A program made the translations under genes and the position numbers. The notes under the pieces are model-generated. The model saw only the letters and a list, made by a program, of their open reading frames with translations, was not told the origin of the DNA and did no database searches. From Acidobacteriota bacterium (lineage in GTDB: Bacteria; Acidobacteriota; Thermoanaerobaculia; Multivoradales; UBA5704), in assembly GCA_040005235.1 (NCBI GenBank), contig JBDTZG010000024.1, positions 10,021 to 74,020 of the forward strand: DNA of 64,000 nucleotides, in the 5' to 3' direction. Position 1 is the first letter of the stretch. Each line of letters starts with the position of its first letter. This document shows positions 19,166 to 29,418 of this stretch, piece after piece.

Positions 19166-20124
19166 TACCGGCCCCCTTGTTCGATCAGATATTGGTAAAC
19201 CGCATGGACGTCGGCGTCGGCCGGCACGATCGATTCGACCGCGAGGTTGTTTTCGAGCACGATGCGATTGAGCAGCAGGTGGAATCCGTCCGCGTCTTTG
19301 GTGCTGACCAACAGGCCGCGGCGGTCGTTGGTGATTCGTGCTTCCACCACATGGTCATATTCGAACAGCCGCGAGGCGAGCAGCGACGGTTTGTCGCAGC
19401 GGATCATCACCTGGACCGGATGCTCCTCTTCCATCTCGTCGCGCACTCCGCCGATCTCGCCTTCGGCGACCACGTAGCCGCCGTTCAGCAGCACCACCTG
19501 GTCCGAGATGAGATCCACCTCGTGCAGGATGTGGCTGGAGACCAACACATGCTTGCCGGCAATCGAAAGCTCGCGGAACAGGGCGATCACCTCGGCGCGG
19601 GCCATCGGGTCGAGACCATTCAACGGCTCGTCGAGAATCAGGACGGACGGATCGTGCGCCATCGCCTGGGCGAGCTTGACCCGCTGGCGCATGCCTTTGC
19701 TGTAGCCCGCGACTTTTCGGCCGCCGGCTTCCGTAAGGCCCACCCTGTCGAGCGCCTTGACCGCTCGGTCTTTGGCGTCCGATGCCGAGAAGCCGTAGAC
19801 GCGGAGTAGTAGCTCGACGAACTCGAAGCCGGTGACCCCCGTGGGGAAGGCGTCCACCTGGGTGGCGAAGCCGATCTCGCGGAACATGGTCTCCGGCCGG
19901 TCGGGCGACAGGCCGCGAACGCTGACCGTGCCCGCGCTCGGCCGCAGCAGGCCAACCAGGAGGTTCATCAGCGTCGTCTTGCCCGAACCGTTCGGACCGA
20001 CCAAGCCGGTGATGCCGGGCGGGATCGTCAAGTCGATCCGGTTGACGCCGAGCACCTCGCCATAAAACTTCGAGACGTTGTCGAGAACGATCTGATCGTT
20101 CGTGCCTTTCGTCGTCGCGCTCAT
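19165..20124 (-). CDS. ABC transporter ATP-binding protein
   Basis: Walker A GPNGSGKTT, signature GYSKGMRQR, Walker B ILDEP. The start is assigned to MSATTKG at 20124; the ORF extension to 20388 overlaps the upstream permease. Confidence 0.85.
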   Translation of the reverse strand: MSATTKGTNDQIVLDNVSKFYGEVLGVNRIDLTIPPGITGLVGPNGSGKTTLMNLLVGLLRPSAGTVSVRGLSPDRPETMFREIGFATQVDAFPTGVTGFEFVELLLRVYGFSASDAKDRAVKALDRVGLTEAGGRKVAGYSKGMRQRVKLAQAMAHDPSVLILDEPLNGLDPMARAEVIALFRELSIAGKHVLVSSHILHEVDLISDQVVLLNGGYVVAEGEIGGVRDEMEEEHPVQVMIRCDKPSLLASRLFEYDHVVEARITNDRRGLLVSTKDADGFHLLLNRIVLENNLAVESIVPADADVHAVYQYLIEQGGR

Positions 20125-20987
20125 CGCACCACCTCGTAGGCGCGCAGGCGCGTTTTGAGCAGCCAGAGGAAGATCAGGCAGCCGCCGATCATGGTGATCC
20201 AGGCGAGGAAGAGCGGATGGTCGTCGGGCGGCCGGACGCCGAACAGCGATGCCCAGACCGTGGCGCTCGCGCCAGAGGCGTCGAACAGCTTTCCAAACGA
20301 CAGGCCGAGAATCCCGCGGACCGCTTGACCGAACGCCGTGCCGATGAAGAACAGCATGAACAGGGCGATGCGTGCGACCGGCTTCCACTTTACCCAGGCG
20401 GAGATCGCGAGAGCGAAGAGCGAGAGGAAGAGAATCCAGATCCAGCTGCCGATGAACAGGGCAGAGGCGATCTGTAGATTCTGCCCCGCCCAGTGGGGCT
20501 CGAGGTACGCCTGAAATCCCCAGAGCAGCAGGCCGGGCACCCAGGTGACCAGCGACATCAGGATCGCCAACACGCAGAGCTTGCCGAGCACGTATTCGGC
20601 GCGCGAAAACGGCCGCGCGAGATAGAGCGGCAGCCCATTGTTGCGCAAGTCGGGCGCCACGAGGGCAGGGCCGACGAACAGCGTGATGATGAAGCAGAGA
20701 CCACTTTGAAGCGTCATCCCGCGCCAGAAGAACTGGGCATCGATCGGCAGAATCTCGTTCAGCTTCTCGGCCGTGAGGCCGACGAACTTGAGCGCCGACA
20801 GGTTGTGATGCAGGTAGATGATCAGCAGCCCGGCAAACGGCACGGCGAAGCAGAGCGCGAAGAAGATTGCGAACAGCCGGCTTTTGAACACGTCCGAGTA
20901 GGCATAGCGCGGCAGGATCAAAAACCGGCGCTTCTCGGGCGTGAGCGTGCCGGAATATGGGCGATAACTACGTTCGAAGACGGCCAT
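20121..20987 (-). CDS. ABC transporter permease
   Basis: Polytopic membrane protein lying between two ABC ATPase genes. Confidence 0.65.
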   Translation of the reverse strand: MAVFERSYRPYSGTLTPEKRRFLILPRYAYSDVFKSRLFAIFFALCFAVPFAGLLIIYLHHNLSALKFVGLTAEKLNEILPIDAQFFWRGMTLQSGLCFIITLFVGPALVAPDLRNNGLPLYLARPFSRAEYVLGKLCVLAILMSLVTWVPGLLLWGFQAYLEPHWAGQNLQIASALFIGSWIWILFLSLFALAISAWVKWKPVARIALFMLFFIGTAFGQAVRGILGLSFGKLFDASGASATVWASLFGVRPPDDHPLFLAWITMIGGCLIFLWLLKTRLRAYEVVR

Positions 20988-20991
20988 CGGG

Positions 20992-21933
20992 CTACCCCTC
21001 CATCGCCTTCAAGAAAATGTCTTCCAGCGAATCACGGCGATAGTCGAGATGACGAATTTGGACCGAATGATCGGCCGCCGCCTGGTAGAGAGCGCGGACC
21101 TCGACACCCGGGGGGAGGACGAGCTTGATCCGCCGCCGGCTGCCTTCGGCAACCTCGCAGCCGAGGCCGTCGAGCGCCGTGCGGAATTTCTGCTCGTTGT
21201 CGTTGTCGGCGCGCAGCTCCAACTCCAGAAAACTGCGGTTCGCACTACGTTCCGCCTCCAGGTTGCAGTAGGTGGCGATCTGGCCGTTTTTAAGCACCAG
21301 GACCTCTTCGCAGCACTCTTCCACGTCGCGCAGCAGGTGGGACGAAAGGATTACTCTGACCTGCCCCGCGTCGCGAATGTCGCGGATCAAATGAAGCATG
21401 CGGGAGCGGGCTGGCGGATCGAGCCCGTTGGTCGGCTCGTCCAGAAACAAAACCTTGGGTCCGTGGACGAGAGCCTGGGCGAGCTTCGCGAGCTGTTTCA
21501 TGCCGAGCGAGTAGCTGTCGACCGGGCGATATCGCGCCTCGCCGAGGCCGACGTAGAACAGCGACTCGTGCGCCCGTTCGAGCGCCTGCTCGGGCGGCAG
21601 GCCCGACAGCTCGGCCATCAATCGGACGAACCGGACGCCCGAGAGTCCGGCGACGAACGCGTCGTTTTCCGGCATGTAGCCCATCAACGCGCGAATATCG
21701 CGCCCTTTGCTCCGGATGTCGTGGCCGAGCAGCCGGGCGGTGCCGGCGGACGGCGCGTAGAAACCGAGCAGGGTGTGCAGCAGAGTGGTTTTGCCGGCAC
21801 CGTTCGGCCCAAGCAGGCCGATCGAGCGACCGGTCAATTTCGCGGTAAGCCCGTGGAGGATTCGGCGTTTGCCGAGCGTGACCTCCAGACCTTCGAGGTC
21901 GATTACGGGTGTGGTTTCGGTCATGGGAAGCAT
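20992..21933 (-). CDS. ABC transporter ATP-binding protein
   Basis: Walker [10 protein letters not shown], signature YSLGMKQ, Walker B LFLDEP. Confidence 0.85.
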   Translation of the reverse strand: MLPMTETTPVIDLEGLEVTLGKRRILHGLTAKLTGRSIGLLGPNGAGKTTLLHTLLGFYAPSAGTARLLGHDIRSKGRDIRALMGYMPENDAFVAGLSGVRFVRLMAELSGLPPEQALERAHESLFYVGLGEARYRPVDSYSLGMKQLAKLAQALVHGPKVLFLDEPTNGLDPPARSRMLHLIRDIRDAGQVRVILSSHLLRDVEECCEEVLVLKNGQIATYCNLEAERSANRSFLELELRADNDNEQKFRTALDGLGCEVAEGSRRRIKLVLPPGVEVRALYQAAADHSVQIRHLDYRRDSLEDIFLKAMEG

Positions 21934-22057
21934 CTCCTCGACAGACGAACAAGGCGAACGAAAAATCAGCCCCGAGAAACAGGTAGAGGCGCAAGCTACT
22001 GCGCCTCTACCTACGGTATTTACGTTGGGGTGTTTCTGATCTTACCCGACTCGGGAT

Positions 22058-24763
22058 TTAGGAGTCGCCTCCGTCGTGGCCGCCCATCGAACGAAGGATG
22101 CTCGAGAACCCGGTGAGCAGCTTCAGGTTGTCGCCCAGCGGACCGTTCACCGCGTTGCTGCCGAACAGAATGCGATTCTCTTCGGCGTAAGCGTAAATCG
22201 CGCTCGGACCCTGGCCGAGGAACGACCGGAGCGGATTGGCCTCATTGCTGTCGAGCGCCTTCTGCGGAATGAACTTCGCACCCTGCTTGGCGAGCGCTCC
22301 TAGATCCTGGAACACCAGGGCCGAAACGTTCACCTGTCCGTCCGTGCCCAGCAGGTTGCGCAGACGCTCGGAGCGGCCGAGCGTGGCGCCCGAGTCGCGG
22401 CCGGCGAAGGCCCGTTCGATCAACGTCCGGGAGGGCGCGGCGACCAGGAAGCCCCCTTCGAACGCGTAGTGAATCGACATTCCCAGGTCATCCGAGTTGA
22501 TCGCGTGCCAGGTGCGGCCGCCGCTCGTCTCGGTCGTCAGGGTCACTCCTCCCTTACCGTTCTTCGTCAGCTCCCGGTTCAGCCGTTCGACCGTCAGCTC
22601 GATCGTGTGCTCTAGAGTGTTCGGGTCGTAAACCTCGGCCACGAACTTCCAGGACGGTTTCGGCAGCACCGGTCCGTCGAGCGCCAGGGCGAACTCGCCG
22701 CCGAGCGGAGCGACCACGTCGTCGCGCAGCCGGAATCCCTCTTTCGCTTCGGCCGCACTCAGCTCCGCGGCGAATTTCGGGTTGGCGGCGAGCAGCTCGT
22801 CGAGCAGCATCGCCGGGTTCTTGACTACGAAGGCCGCGGCGGCATTCGCGTCCGGCGAGACGAAGTCGAGCGCCCGCATGGGAGCCGGCTCCGCGAGCCA
22901 GGCCGCGACGCCGCGACGCGCTTGTTTGAAGGTCAGGACGGCCCGGGTTTCGGTCCGCCCTTCGACGTCGCGACGTTCGACGATGAACTGGTCGAGGTCG
23001 AGAATGCCGAGAGTCTCGGCGATGTGGTGGTCATCGGTGTTTTCGCCGTTCGTGACCGTGGCACTCTGGCCGATCAAAGAGGCGAGGTCGGCCGAGAAGA
23101 GCCAGCCTGCGCCGTCCTGATAGGAGGCTGCGACGCGATTGCGGAAGGCCGAGGCGACGAACGGATTTCCGCCCGCGGCATTGGTCGTCACCTGGTTGAT
23201 CAGCGCGGCGCTCGGGCTTGCGACGAACAGATCAGAGCCGATCCAGAGCAGCAGCTCCTTGTCTTCGCCGGGGGCCGTCACGGCCGGCAGGCTCTCGACG
23301 ATCCGGATCTTGTGGGAATGCTCTCCGCCTTCACCGTTCAGCCGTTCGATCTCGGCGGCGAGCGCCGCGCGGAAGGCCGCTTGATTCTCGATCTCTGCGG
23401 TCAACACGGGCTCGGCGTCGGAGCTCGCTCCGGTGCTGTTCTTCCCCACTGCGATCGCGATCTCCGGTCCGAGGTGGCTACCCAGCTCGGAGATCCGGTC
23501 GATCAGGTCGTGGACCTTCTGGCGCTCGGCGTCGGAGGAGAAGTTGTCCTGCCACCACTGACGCAAGGTCTCGCTCTCCGCGAGCTTCTGGTCGAGCAAC
23601 GTTTGAGTCTCGCCCAGGTTCTTGGCGAGGTTCGGTAGCGCGATGAACACCTTCGTGTCCGCGGGAGACAGATCGAGCAGGCGGGTCGAATAGCGCAGGC
23701 CCGGACGCTCGATCTGAGAGTCGATGTCGGCGCTCGCCGCGGTCAGCTCGGCGAGGAGCTGGTCGTACTGCTTGGCGTTCTTGCTCCAGGCGATCTCTTG
23801 GGTCACCGGAACGGTCGAGAGGCTGGCCGCCGTCACCACCTGGCCGCCCGGGTGCAGGATGTTCTCGCGACCGGACTGGTTGACGTGGACCTCCCCCTCG
23901 ACCACCGCGACGCGCGATCCCTTGGTGCCATGGTTGACCGAGAAAATCGTGCCGGTGACGGCGACCAGGCAATCTTCGGTCTCGACGTACAGGTGATGCG
24001 GGCGCTGCTTGGCGGCTTGGACGATGATCTTGCCGCGCTCCAGCTCGATCGTGTTCCCCTTGCGGCCGGCGTCGAGCGACAGACCGGCGCGCTCGCTCAT
24101 TTCAATCACCGAACCGTCGGTCATCCGGACGAAAGCGCGCGAGCCTTTTGCGGTGCGGATCTCGTCACCTTCTTTGATCGCGGCTCCCGCGCCGAGCTGG
24201 GCGGTCTGCTCGCCGTCGATCCGATACAGGCTCCCTTCGATCGCCTCGACGCGCGCCATCTGGCCGCCCGAGATGAAGAAGTCCTGCATCAGGAAGATGC
24301 CCGTGCCGAGCGCGGCGACCAGCACCGCGGCCAGGGCGTACAGGGTCCGGCGGTCCCGTCGCTGCGGGATCTGGACGACAACCGGAGCGTTGTTGGTTCC
24401 CGATAGCGGTTTGCCCTCGCGGGCGGTGCGCAGGGCGCGACGGCAGGGAACGCAGCTGCGCGTGTGGTCTTCGACCAACAGGGCGCGGGCGGCGGGCAGC
24501 TCTCCTGCGAGGTACGCCGGGATCTCCGCCTGGAAATCCTCGCAGCCGCGCAGCGGCGAGTGGACCGCATGGATCGTCGGTGTCGGAGCCTGGGGAGTAA
24601 AAGTCTCCTCGGGGGCGACGCCGGTCGCGGCGAATTGCGCCAACTTGCTTCGCACGCGGGAGGCGGCGGCAGCCATTTCATGCTCATCGACTGGAGTGGA
24701 TGCGATCTCGGAGATCGCCTCGTCGAGGCGGGCTTCATCGATGCGGTTCATAAACAGGCTCAT
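22058..24763 (-). CDS. large anti-sigma factor: zf-HC2-like N-terminus, one TM helix, a FecR domain and a roughly 550-aa C-terminal extension
   Basis: [10 protein letters not shown] zinc-finger-like motif, a TM segment [18 protein letters not shown], FecR-like VTGTIFSV; located downstream of an ECF sigma gene with a 4-nt overlap. Confidence 0.7.
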   Translation of the reverse strand: MSLFMNRIDEARLDEAISEIASTPVDEHEMAAAASRVRSKLAQFAATGVAPEETFTPQAPTPTIHAVHSPLRGCEDFQAEIPAYLAGELPAARALLVEDHTRSCVPCRRALRTAREGKPLSGTNNAPVVVQIPQRRDRRTLYALAAVLVAALGTGIFLMQDFFISGGQMARVEAIEGSLYRIDGEQTAQLGAGAAIKEGDEIRTAKGSRAFVRMTDGSVIEMSERAGLSLDAGRKGNTIELERGKIIVQAAKQRPHHLYVETEDCLVAVTGTIFSVNHGTKGSRVAVVEGEVHVNQSGRENILHPGGQVVTAASLSTVPVTQEIAWSKNAKQYDQLLAELTAASADIDSQIERPGLRYSTRLLDLSPADTKVFIALPNLAKNLGETQTLLDQKLAESETLRQWWQDNFSSDAERQKVHDLIDRISELGSHLGPEIAIAVGKNSTGASSDAEPVLTAEIENQAAFRAALAAEIERLNGEGGEHSHKIRIVESLPAVTAPGEDKELLLWIGSDLFVASPSAALINQVTTNAAGGNPFVASAFRNRVAASYQDGAGWLFSADLASLIGQSATVTNGENTDDHHIAETLGILDLDQFIVERRDVEGRTETRAVLTFKQARRGVAAWLAEPAPMRALDFVSPDANAAAAFVVKNPAMLLDELLAANPKFAAELSAAEAKEGFRLRDDVVAPLGGEFALALDGPVLPKPSWKFVAEVYDPNTLEHTIELTVERLNRELTKNGKGGVTLTTETSGGRTWHAINSDDLGMSIHYAFEGGFLVAAPSRTLIERAFAGRDSGATLGRSERLRNLLGTDGQVNVSALVFQDLGALAKQGAKFIPQKALDSNEANPLRSFLGQGPSAIYAYAEENRILFGSNAVNGPLGDNLKLLTGFSSILRSMGGHDGGDS

Positions 24764-25401
24764 GACTGACCTCCTTGATGCGACGAAAGCTCTTTCTGCA
24801 GCCGATGGCGAGCACGATGCAGGATGACGGCTACAGCGGTCTGGGAGCAGGAGAGCATCCGGGCGATGTCCAGATTGCTCTGCCCTTCAAAGTAGCGAAG
24901 CGTGAAGATTTCGGCCTGGCGCGGTGACAGTTGGCCGACCGCGGCGCGTAGTGCCAGGGCCAGCTCGCGGTTGCCGCGGCGGCGTTCGGGACTCTTGCCG
25001 GGCTCGTCGGCAAGGCTTTCGGCCACGTCGTCGAGCGCCACGGCCTTGGCGCGTTTCCGGCTGCGCGCCAGATCGAGCGCCGCGTTCACCGCCGCCCGAT
25101 GAAGATAGCTCCCCACCTGCTCAGTGAGGTCCAGCTCCTCCCGGCGGGCGAGGCGAAAGAACACGGTCTGCATCACGTCCTCGGCGTCCGAAGCATTGCC
25201 GGTGATGCGATAAGCGGCCCGGTAGACTCCCTGGTGGTGCAGCTCGAACAGTCGTTCAAGCGTCGCTGGAACGGGCTGGCCGATGGGTTGGCTGCCGGCC
25301 CGGGCGATCGGGGCTCCCCCCGGGGGGGCGGTGGATACGGCGATTGGAGCGGTTGCCTGCACGGTGTCGTCCCTCCTGATGTCTCCACTCATGGAACGCA
25401 C
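24760..25401 (-). CDS. RNA polymerase ECF sigma factor (sigma-70 family)
   Basis: Region 2 LERLFELHHQGVYRAAYRITGNASDAEDVMQTVFFRL and region 4 LSPRQAEIFTLRYFEGQSNLDIARML. Confidence 0.85.
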   Translation of the reverse strand: MRSMSGDIRRDDTVQATAPIAVSTAPPGGAPIARAGSQPIGQPVPATLERLFELHHQGVYRAAYRITGNASDAEDVMQTVFFRLARREELDLTEQVGSYLHRAAVNAALDLARSRKRAKAVALDDVAESLADEPGKSPERRRGNRELALALRAAVGQLSPRQAEIFTLRYFEGQSNLDIARMLSCSQTAVAVILHRARHRLQKELSSHQGGQS

Positions 25402-25553
25402 CTCCCGGGAGAATGTTACGCCCGGCTCCGAAACAACGCCTCAAGGGAGAGGAAAGAGGGATCAAAGGGGGATCAAAAGGCGCAGAATGGAGCCCTCGCG
25501 TCCGTCCAAAGCCCGGGTACCCCGTTTTTCGCTCGAACTGGAGGAAGAGCCCC

Positions 25554-26426
25554 ATGCTCCTCAACTACCTCGATTCGGCCATCGGCTTCATCGTCGTCAT
25601 CCTGATGTTTTCCCTGGTGATCACGATCCTGGTCCAGATGGTGGGCGTTCTGCTCCAGCTGCGCGGCAAGAGCCTGCTGCGGGGGGTGGAGCTGCTCTTC
25701 CATGAGATCGACCCGGACCTCAAGAGCCAGGCCAAGGCTCTGGCGGATCAGGTGCTACGCCACCCGGCGATCGCCGAAGACACGAAGCGGCTGGCTTCGG
25801 CGCTCCAGTCCCATGAGCTCAAACTGGTGCTTCAATCGCTCGCCGAGGCCGCCGATGCGAATCCTCAGCTCAAGAAGGCGCTCGACGAACGCCGCGCGAC
25901 GGTCTTCGGCAGGATCGACGACTGGTTCGAGTTGGTGATGGACCGCGCGGGCGAGCGGTTCAAGATGAACACCCGCTGGGCGACCACGGTTTTCGCGGTC
26001 ATCCTGGCCTTCGCCCTCCAGCTCGACTCGATCAGCCTGTTCCGCCAGATTGCGACCAACGCCGACCTTCGCGCCCGGCTGGTCTCGATGAGCGATTCCG
26101 TATCCGAGACGAGCAAGAAGGTGCTGGAATCGCCAGCCGTCCCCAACACGGAACAGGGTCTAAAGGAGCTCACGGACCGAGCCGCCGAGGTCAAGGCCGA
26201 AATCGAAAAATCCCAGCTCCAGCTGGTGCCGAACCCCTGGCGCCTCTCGGCTTTCGACAACATACGGAGCTTCCTCGGCCTGATCCTCACGATTTTCCTG
26301 CTCGGCCTGGGCGCCCCCTTCTGGTTCAAGGCCCTGCAAAACTTGGTGGGCCTGCGCCACGCGGTCGACCAGAAGAAGGACCAGGACGAAGAGGCCGAAC
26401 GGGCGGCTTTGGCGGCGAAGAAGTAG
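25554..26426 (+). CDS. membrane protein with a coiled-coil region, hypothetical
   Basis: GGAGG RBS before the ATG at 25554; an N-terminal TM helix and a second TM near the C-terminus. Confidence 0.55.
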   Translation: MLLNYLDSAIGFIVVILMFSLVITILVQMVGVLLQLRGKSLLRGVELLFHEIDPDLKSQAKALADQVLRHPAIAEDTKRLASALQSHELKLVLQSLAEAADANPQLKKALDERRATVFGRIDDWFELVMDRAGERFKMNTRWATTVFAVILAFALQLDSISLFRQIATNADLRARLVSMSDSVSETSKKVLESPAVPNTEQGLKELTDRAAEVKAEIEKSQLQLVPNPWRLSAFDNIRSFLGLILTIFLLGLGAPFWFKALQNLVGLRHAVDQKKDQDEEAERAALAAKK

Positions 26427-26514
26427 AGGGGCTGCGAAGGAGTCTGCCGATCCGGCCACAATTTCCAACAGGGGGTGGAGCAAACTCCGCTCCCTGTGCC
26501 TGCCCTTCGTCTGC

Positions 26515-26874
26515 TCAGCGCGTCAGCACTGCTCCCGGTAAATCCAAGGAAGATCCCGCCAGCGATCCCGCCGTCGTCAGAAGCTCGACAACTCGCTTCT
26601 GAGCATCGCCTTCCGAAGCGAGAAACTCGCCCGTTGCGACGAAGGCGTCCGCCAGGGGATTCTCCGAGGCTTCAGGGAGAAGGGTGACACCAATCTTTCC
26701 GTCCCTGCGATACTCCACGACGATGTGACGCACGCCGTCGCGGAAATCGAGCCACGCCGAGGCGGCGCCGCCATTGACCGGAACTTCGAGGTGACACTGC
26801 GAGCTAGGGAATTCGCGATGGAGGGAGGATGCTAGATTCTCGATTGGATGCATCTTTCCAAACCTCCTGGCCAT
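26515..26874 (-). CDS. hypothetical protein, overlapping the next ORF
   Basis: ORF with coding-like composition; no family recognised. Confidence 0.3.
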   Translation of the reverse strand: MARRFGKMHPIENLASSLHREFPSSQCHLEVPVNGGAASAWLDFRDGVRHIVVEYRRDGKIGVTLLPEASENPLADAFVATGEFLASEGDAQKRVVELLTTAGSLAGSSLDLPGAVLTR

Positions 26875-27163
26875 CCGCCCCTCGCTTCAGGAGCTGGACT
26901 CTACCTATTTTTACGGTCACCAGCTCAAACGCGCCGTTGGGCGCAATGAACGTCAGGTGGCCAGTGTGTCGATATCGAAGGACTCGAGAGTCCCCGGCAG
27001 ACGGCCGGAACCCGTCTCGCAGGGGCGGGCACATACGCTCTCCGCACTCGCGATAACCGGGATCGAAGGGAACGCCCGAGAACTCGTTCTCGACGGCATT
27101 GAGGACGTTCGCGATCAGATCGAGCGCTTCTTCGAACGAAGAGGCGGCAGGAGCTTCGTCCAA
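26804..27163 (-). CDS. hypothetical protein; overlaps the 26515-26874 ORF out of frame; possible frameshifted single gene or two-gene cassette
   Basis: 119-aa ORF; 71-nt overlap with the neighbouring ORF. Confidence 0.3.
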   Translation of the reverse strand: MDEAPAASSFEEALDLIANVLNAVENEFSGVPFDPGYRECGERMCPPLRDGFRPSAGDSRVLRYRHTGHLTFIAPNGAFELVTVKIGRVQLLKRGADGQEVWKDASNRESSILPPSRIP

Positions 27164-27501
27164 CCTTCGGCAGAATTCCGTAAGCCGCCAGACCTTGTCG
27201 CGGATCGAAATTTTCCAGTCCTCCGAACGAGAAAGCAGAATTCTCCGCTAGGCCATAAGCGCACCGATCCGCGATTACCCGGCTTGCCTCAAAGGACCGG
27301 TTGCAGCGGCTTTTCACGGTTCTATGCTCCCCACCCGGAGGGCGGAAGATCAACCATCATACGACGGAAAGTGCTCCTGTTCTGCTGAATTTTTCGCCCG
27401 TCGGCCTGGAGTACTCCCAAAGAGCGCCTCTAGGAGGCAGTATAGAGCTCGCCCGACTGGCGCGTGGGAGGCCGGGCGAGTACGATTCCGGTGAGGATAC
27501 T

Positions 27502-28188
27502 ATGAGCTTACCGGCCGTCATCTTCGAAGAGCGCCTGCGTATTCCGAGCGAAGTTCATCGCCTCGCGCCGTTCCGCCTTTGGTGCGCCGGGACCGAGTTT
27601 CCCGAAGAGGGTCGAATAGATTTTCTGGCCGGCAACGTGGAGGTGGACATGAGCCCGGAGGACCTCCACACCCACGGCACGGCGAAGACCGAGGTCGCGA
27701 CACGCCTTCAACTTCTGCTCGCCGATCCGGGCCGCGGCGAGGTGTTCATCGATCGGGCTCGCGTGGTCTCCTCAAGAGCCGATCTTTCGGTTGAGCCGGA
27801 CATCGTGGTCGTCCTCGGCGAATCGCTCGCCGCCGGCCGGGTTCGCTTCGTGCCCGCGGCCAAAGATCCAACCCGCTCCTCAGAGATCGAAGGCGCGCCG
27901 GATTTGATCGTTGAGATCGTCAGCGACTCTTCCGAAAAGAAGGATACCGCCCGCCTGCCGCGCCTCTACGCCAAGGCGGGAGTGCCGGAGTTCTGGACGA
28001 TCGACGCCCGCGGGCCGAAAGTACGGTTCTCAATCGACCTGCTCGCCGGAGCCCTCTACCGGCGACAGGAGCCCGACACCGACGGCTGGATTGATTCGCC
28101 GCTCCTTAGGCTGCGCTGCCGCCTTTCGCGCGAACGAACCGCGTGGGGAAGTTGGCGCTATCGGTTCGAAACGGTCGCGCGCGGTTGA
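27502..28188 (+). CDS. Uma2-family (DUF820) putative restriction-endonuclease-like protein
   Basis: RLEL..G...V.PD......E...PDLIVEIVS...D...K core typical of Uma2/PD-(D/E)xK; the long 5' ORF extension lacks an RBS. Confidence 0.65.
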   Translation: MSLPAVIFEERLRIPSEVHRLAPFRLWCAGTEFPEEGRIDFLAGNVEVDMSPEDLHTHGTAKTEVATRLQLLLADPGRGEVFIDRARVVSSRADLSVEPDIVVVLGESLAAGRVRFVPAAKDPTRSSEIEGAPDLIVEIVSDSSEKKDTARLPRLYAKAGVPEFWTIDARGPKVRFSIDLLAGALYRRQEPDTDGWIDSPLLRLRCRLSRERTAWGSWRYRFETVARG

Positions 28189-28405
28189 GGCCGGGTACCC
28201 GGGCTTTGGAAGACCCGCGAAGGCGCAGTTTCTCCTCGCAGGATGGCCCCTCCTTCCCTCACGCTCTCGAGCAGTTCCTCGAAAAGGTCTGGTCTCATAG
28301 ATATTCTGCCTCGACGGTTTTTCTCAGCGTGGCACTACGCGCTCGTCAGATCGGCTCGTTCGTTCTTCGCATCGGCGAAGAGTAGGAGCATCTTTTCACG
28401 CCCCC

Positions 28406-29410
28406 TTACCCCCGCCGCATCTCTTCCAAATACCGCCGGAAGAACGGCAACCCCGCGAGCGCGGGCACTAGGTAGCGCGAGGTGAACAGCAGGCCGAGCG
28501 CCGCAGCGGTTTGGGCGTTCAAGTAGGGGGCATACAGCGCAACTAGGGCCGCGTCTCGGGTGCCCAGGCCGGCGAAGGTGAAGGGGGTCAGGCCGGCGAG
28601 GATGGCGAGTGCTGCGAGTCCTATGTGGGCGAGGAAAGGTACGTAGGCCCGCAGGGCGAGGATGAAGATCCAGAGCTGGACGAAGTGGAGCAGCCAGAGG
28701 CCGATTGAAATGGTCACCACCTGCGCGTGGCGGGCTGGCTCGCGGCGAAAGGTGCTCCGCGTTTCGGCCCAGGCGTCGCGGAGTTTCTCGATCTTGCCCT
28801 TCAGCTTGCCCGGCGCGATTCGCAACGCGAGCCCAAAGACGAAGCGGGCGAAGACTTCGGAATTGAGGGTGAGGAAGCCGACCACGGTCGCGACCGAGAT
28901 CCCCGCCGCGGCGAGCCAGAGGATCGCTCCTTTGCCCGGCAGGAAGAGGAGGCCGATGGCGCACCAGAGGAAGAGCGCCAGGACGTCGTAGGCCTTCTCG
29001 AACACGGTGAGCGACAGCGCGAGCGAGCCGGGGAGGTGGCCGCGCGATTTCAAGAAGAACGATTTGGCGATGTCTCCCATTTTGGACGGCAGCACCATGT
29101 TCATCACGTCGGCGACCAGGATGAGGCGCACTGATTCCGCCACGCCGAGCGTCGTTCCGGCGGGCATCAAGCGGCGCAGACGCCATCCTTGGACCGCTTT
29201 GATCAAAACGAGGGCGAGCTGACCTACGAGCATCCAGCCCCAGTTCGACCGGGCGAGCACGCCGCCGATCGCGCGGAGATCGATCTTCCGATAGATCAGG
29301 GCGAGCAGCGCGAGGCTGACCGCGATCGAGATCCAGCGATTGCGCCGCGCGGCGGCGGAAGGGCGCGCGAGAGCTTGCGGCGTTTCGGCCGAGACCGGCG
29401 GTTGGTCCAC
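28406..29410 (-). CDS. flippase-like / lysylphosphatidylglycerol-synthase TM-region (UPF0104) family membrane protein
   Basis: About 8 TM helices. GTG start at 29410 just after the stop of the upstream gene; the ORF extension to 30025 overlaps that gene. Confidence 0.55.
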   Translation of the reverse strand: MDQPPVSAETPQALARPSAAARRNRWISIAVSLALLALIYRKIDLRAIGGVLARSNWGWMLVGQLALVLIKAVQGWRLRRLMPAGTTLGVAESVRLILVADVMNMVLPSKMGDIAKSFFLKSRGHLPGSLALSLTVFEKAYDVLALFLWCAIGLLFLPGKGAILWLAAAGISVATVVGFLTLNSEVFARFVFGLALRIAPGKLKGKIEKLRDAWAETRSTFRREPARHAQVVTISIGLWLLHFVQLWIFILALRAYVPFLAHIGLAALAILAGLTPFTFAGLGTRDAALVALYAPYLNAQTAAALGLLFTSRYLVPALAGLPFFRRYLEEMRRG

Positions 29411-29418
29411 CGCGGCCC

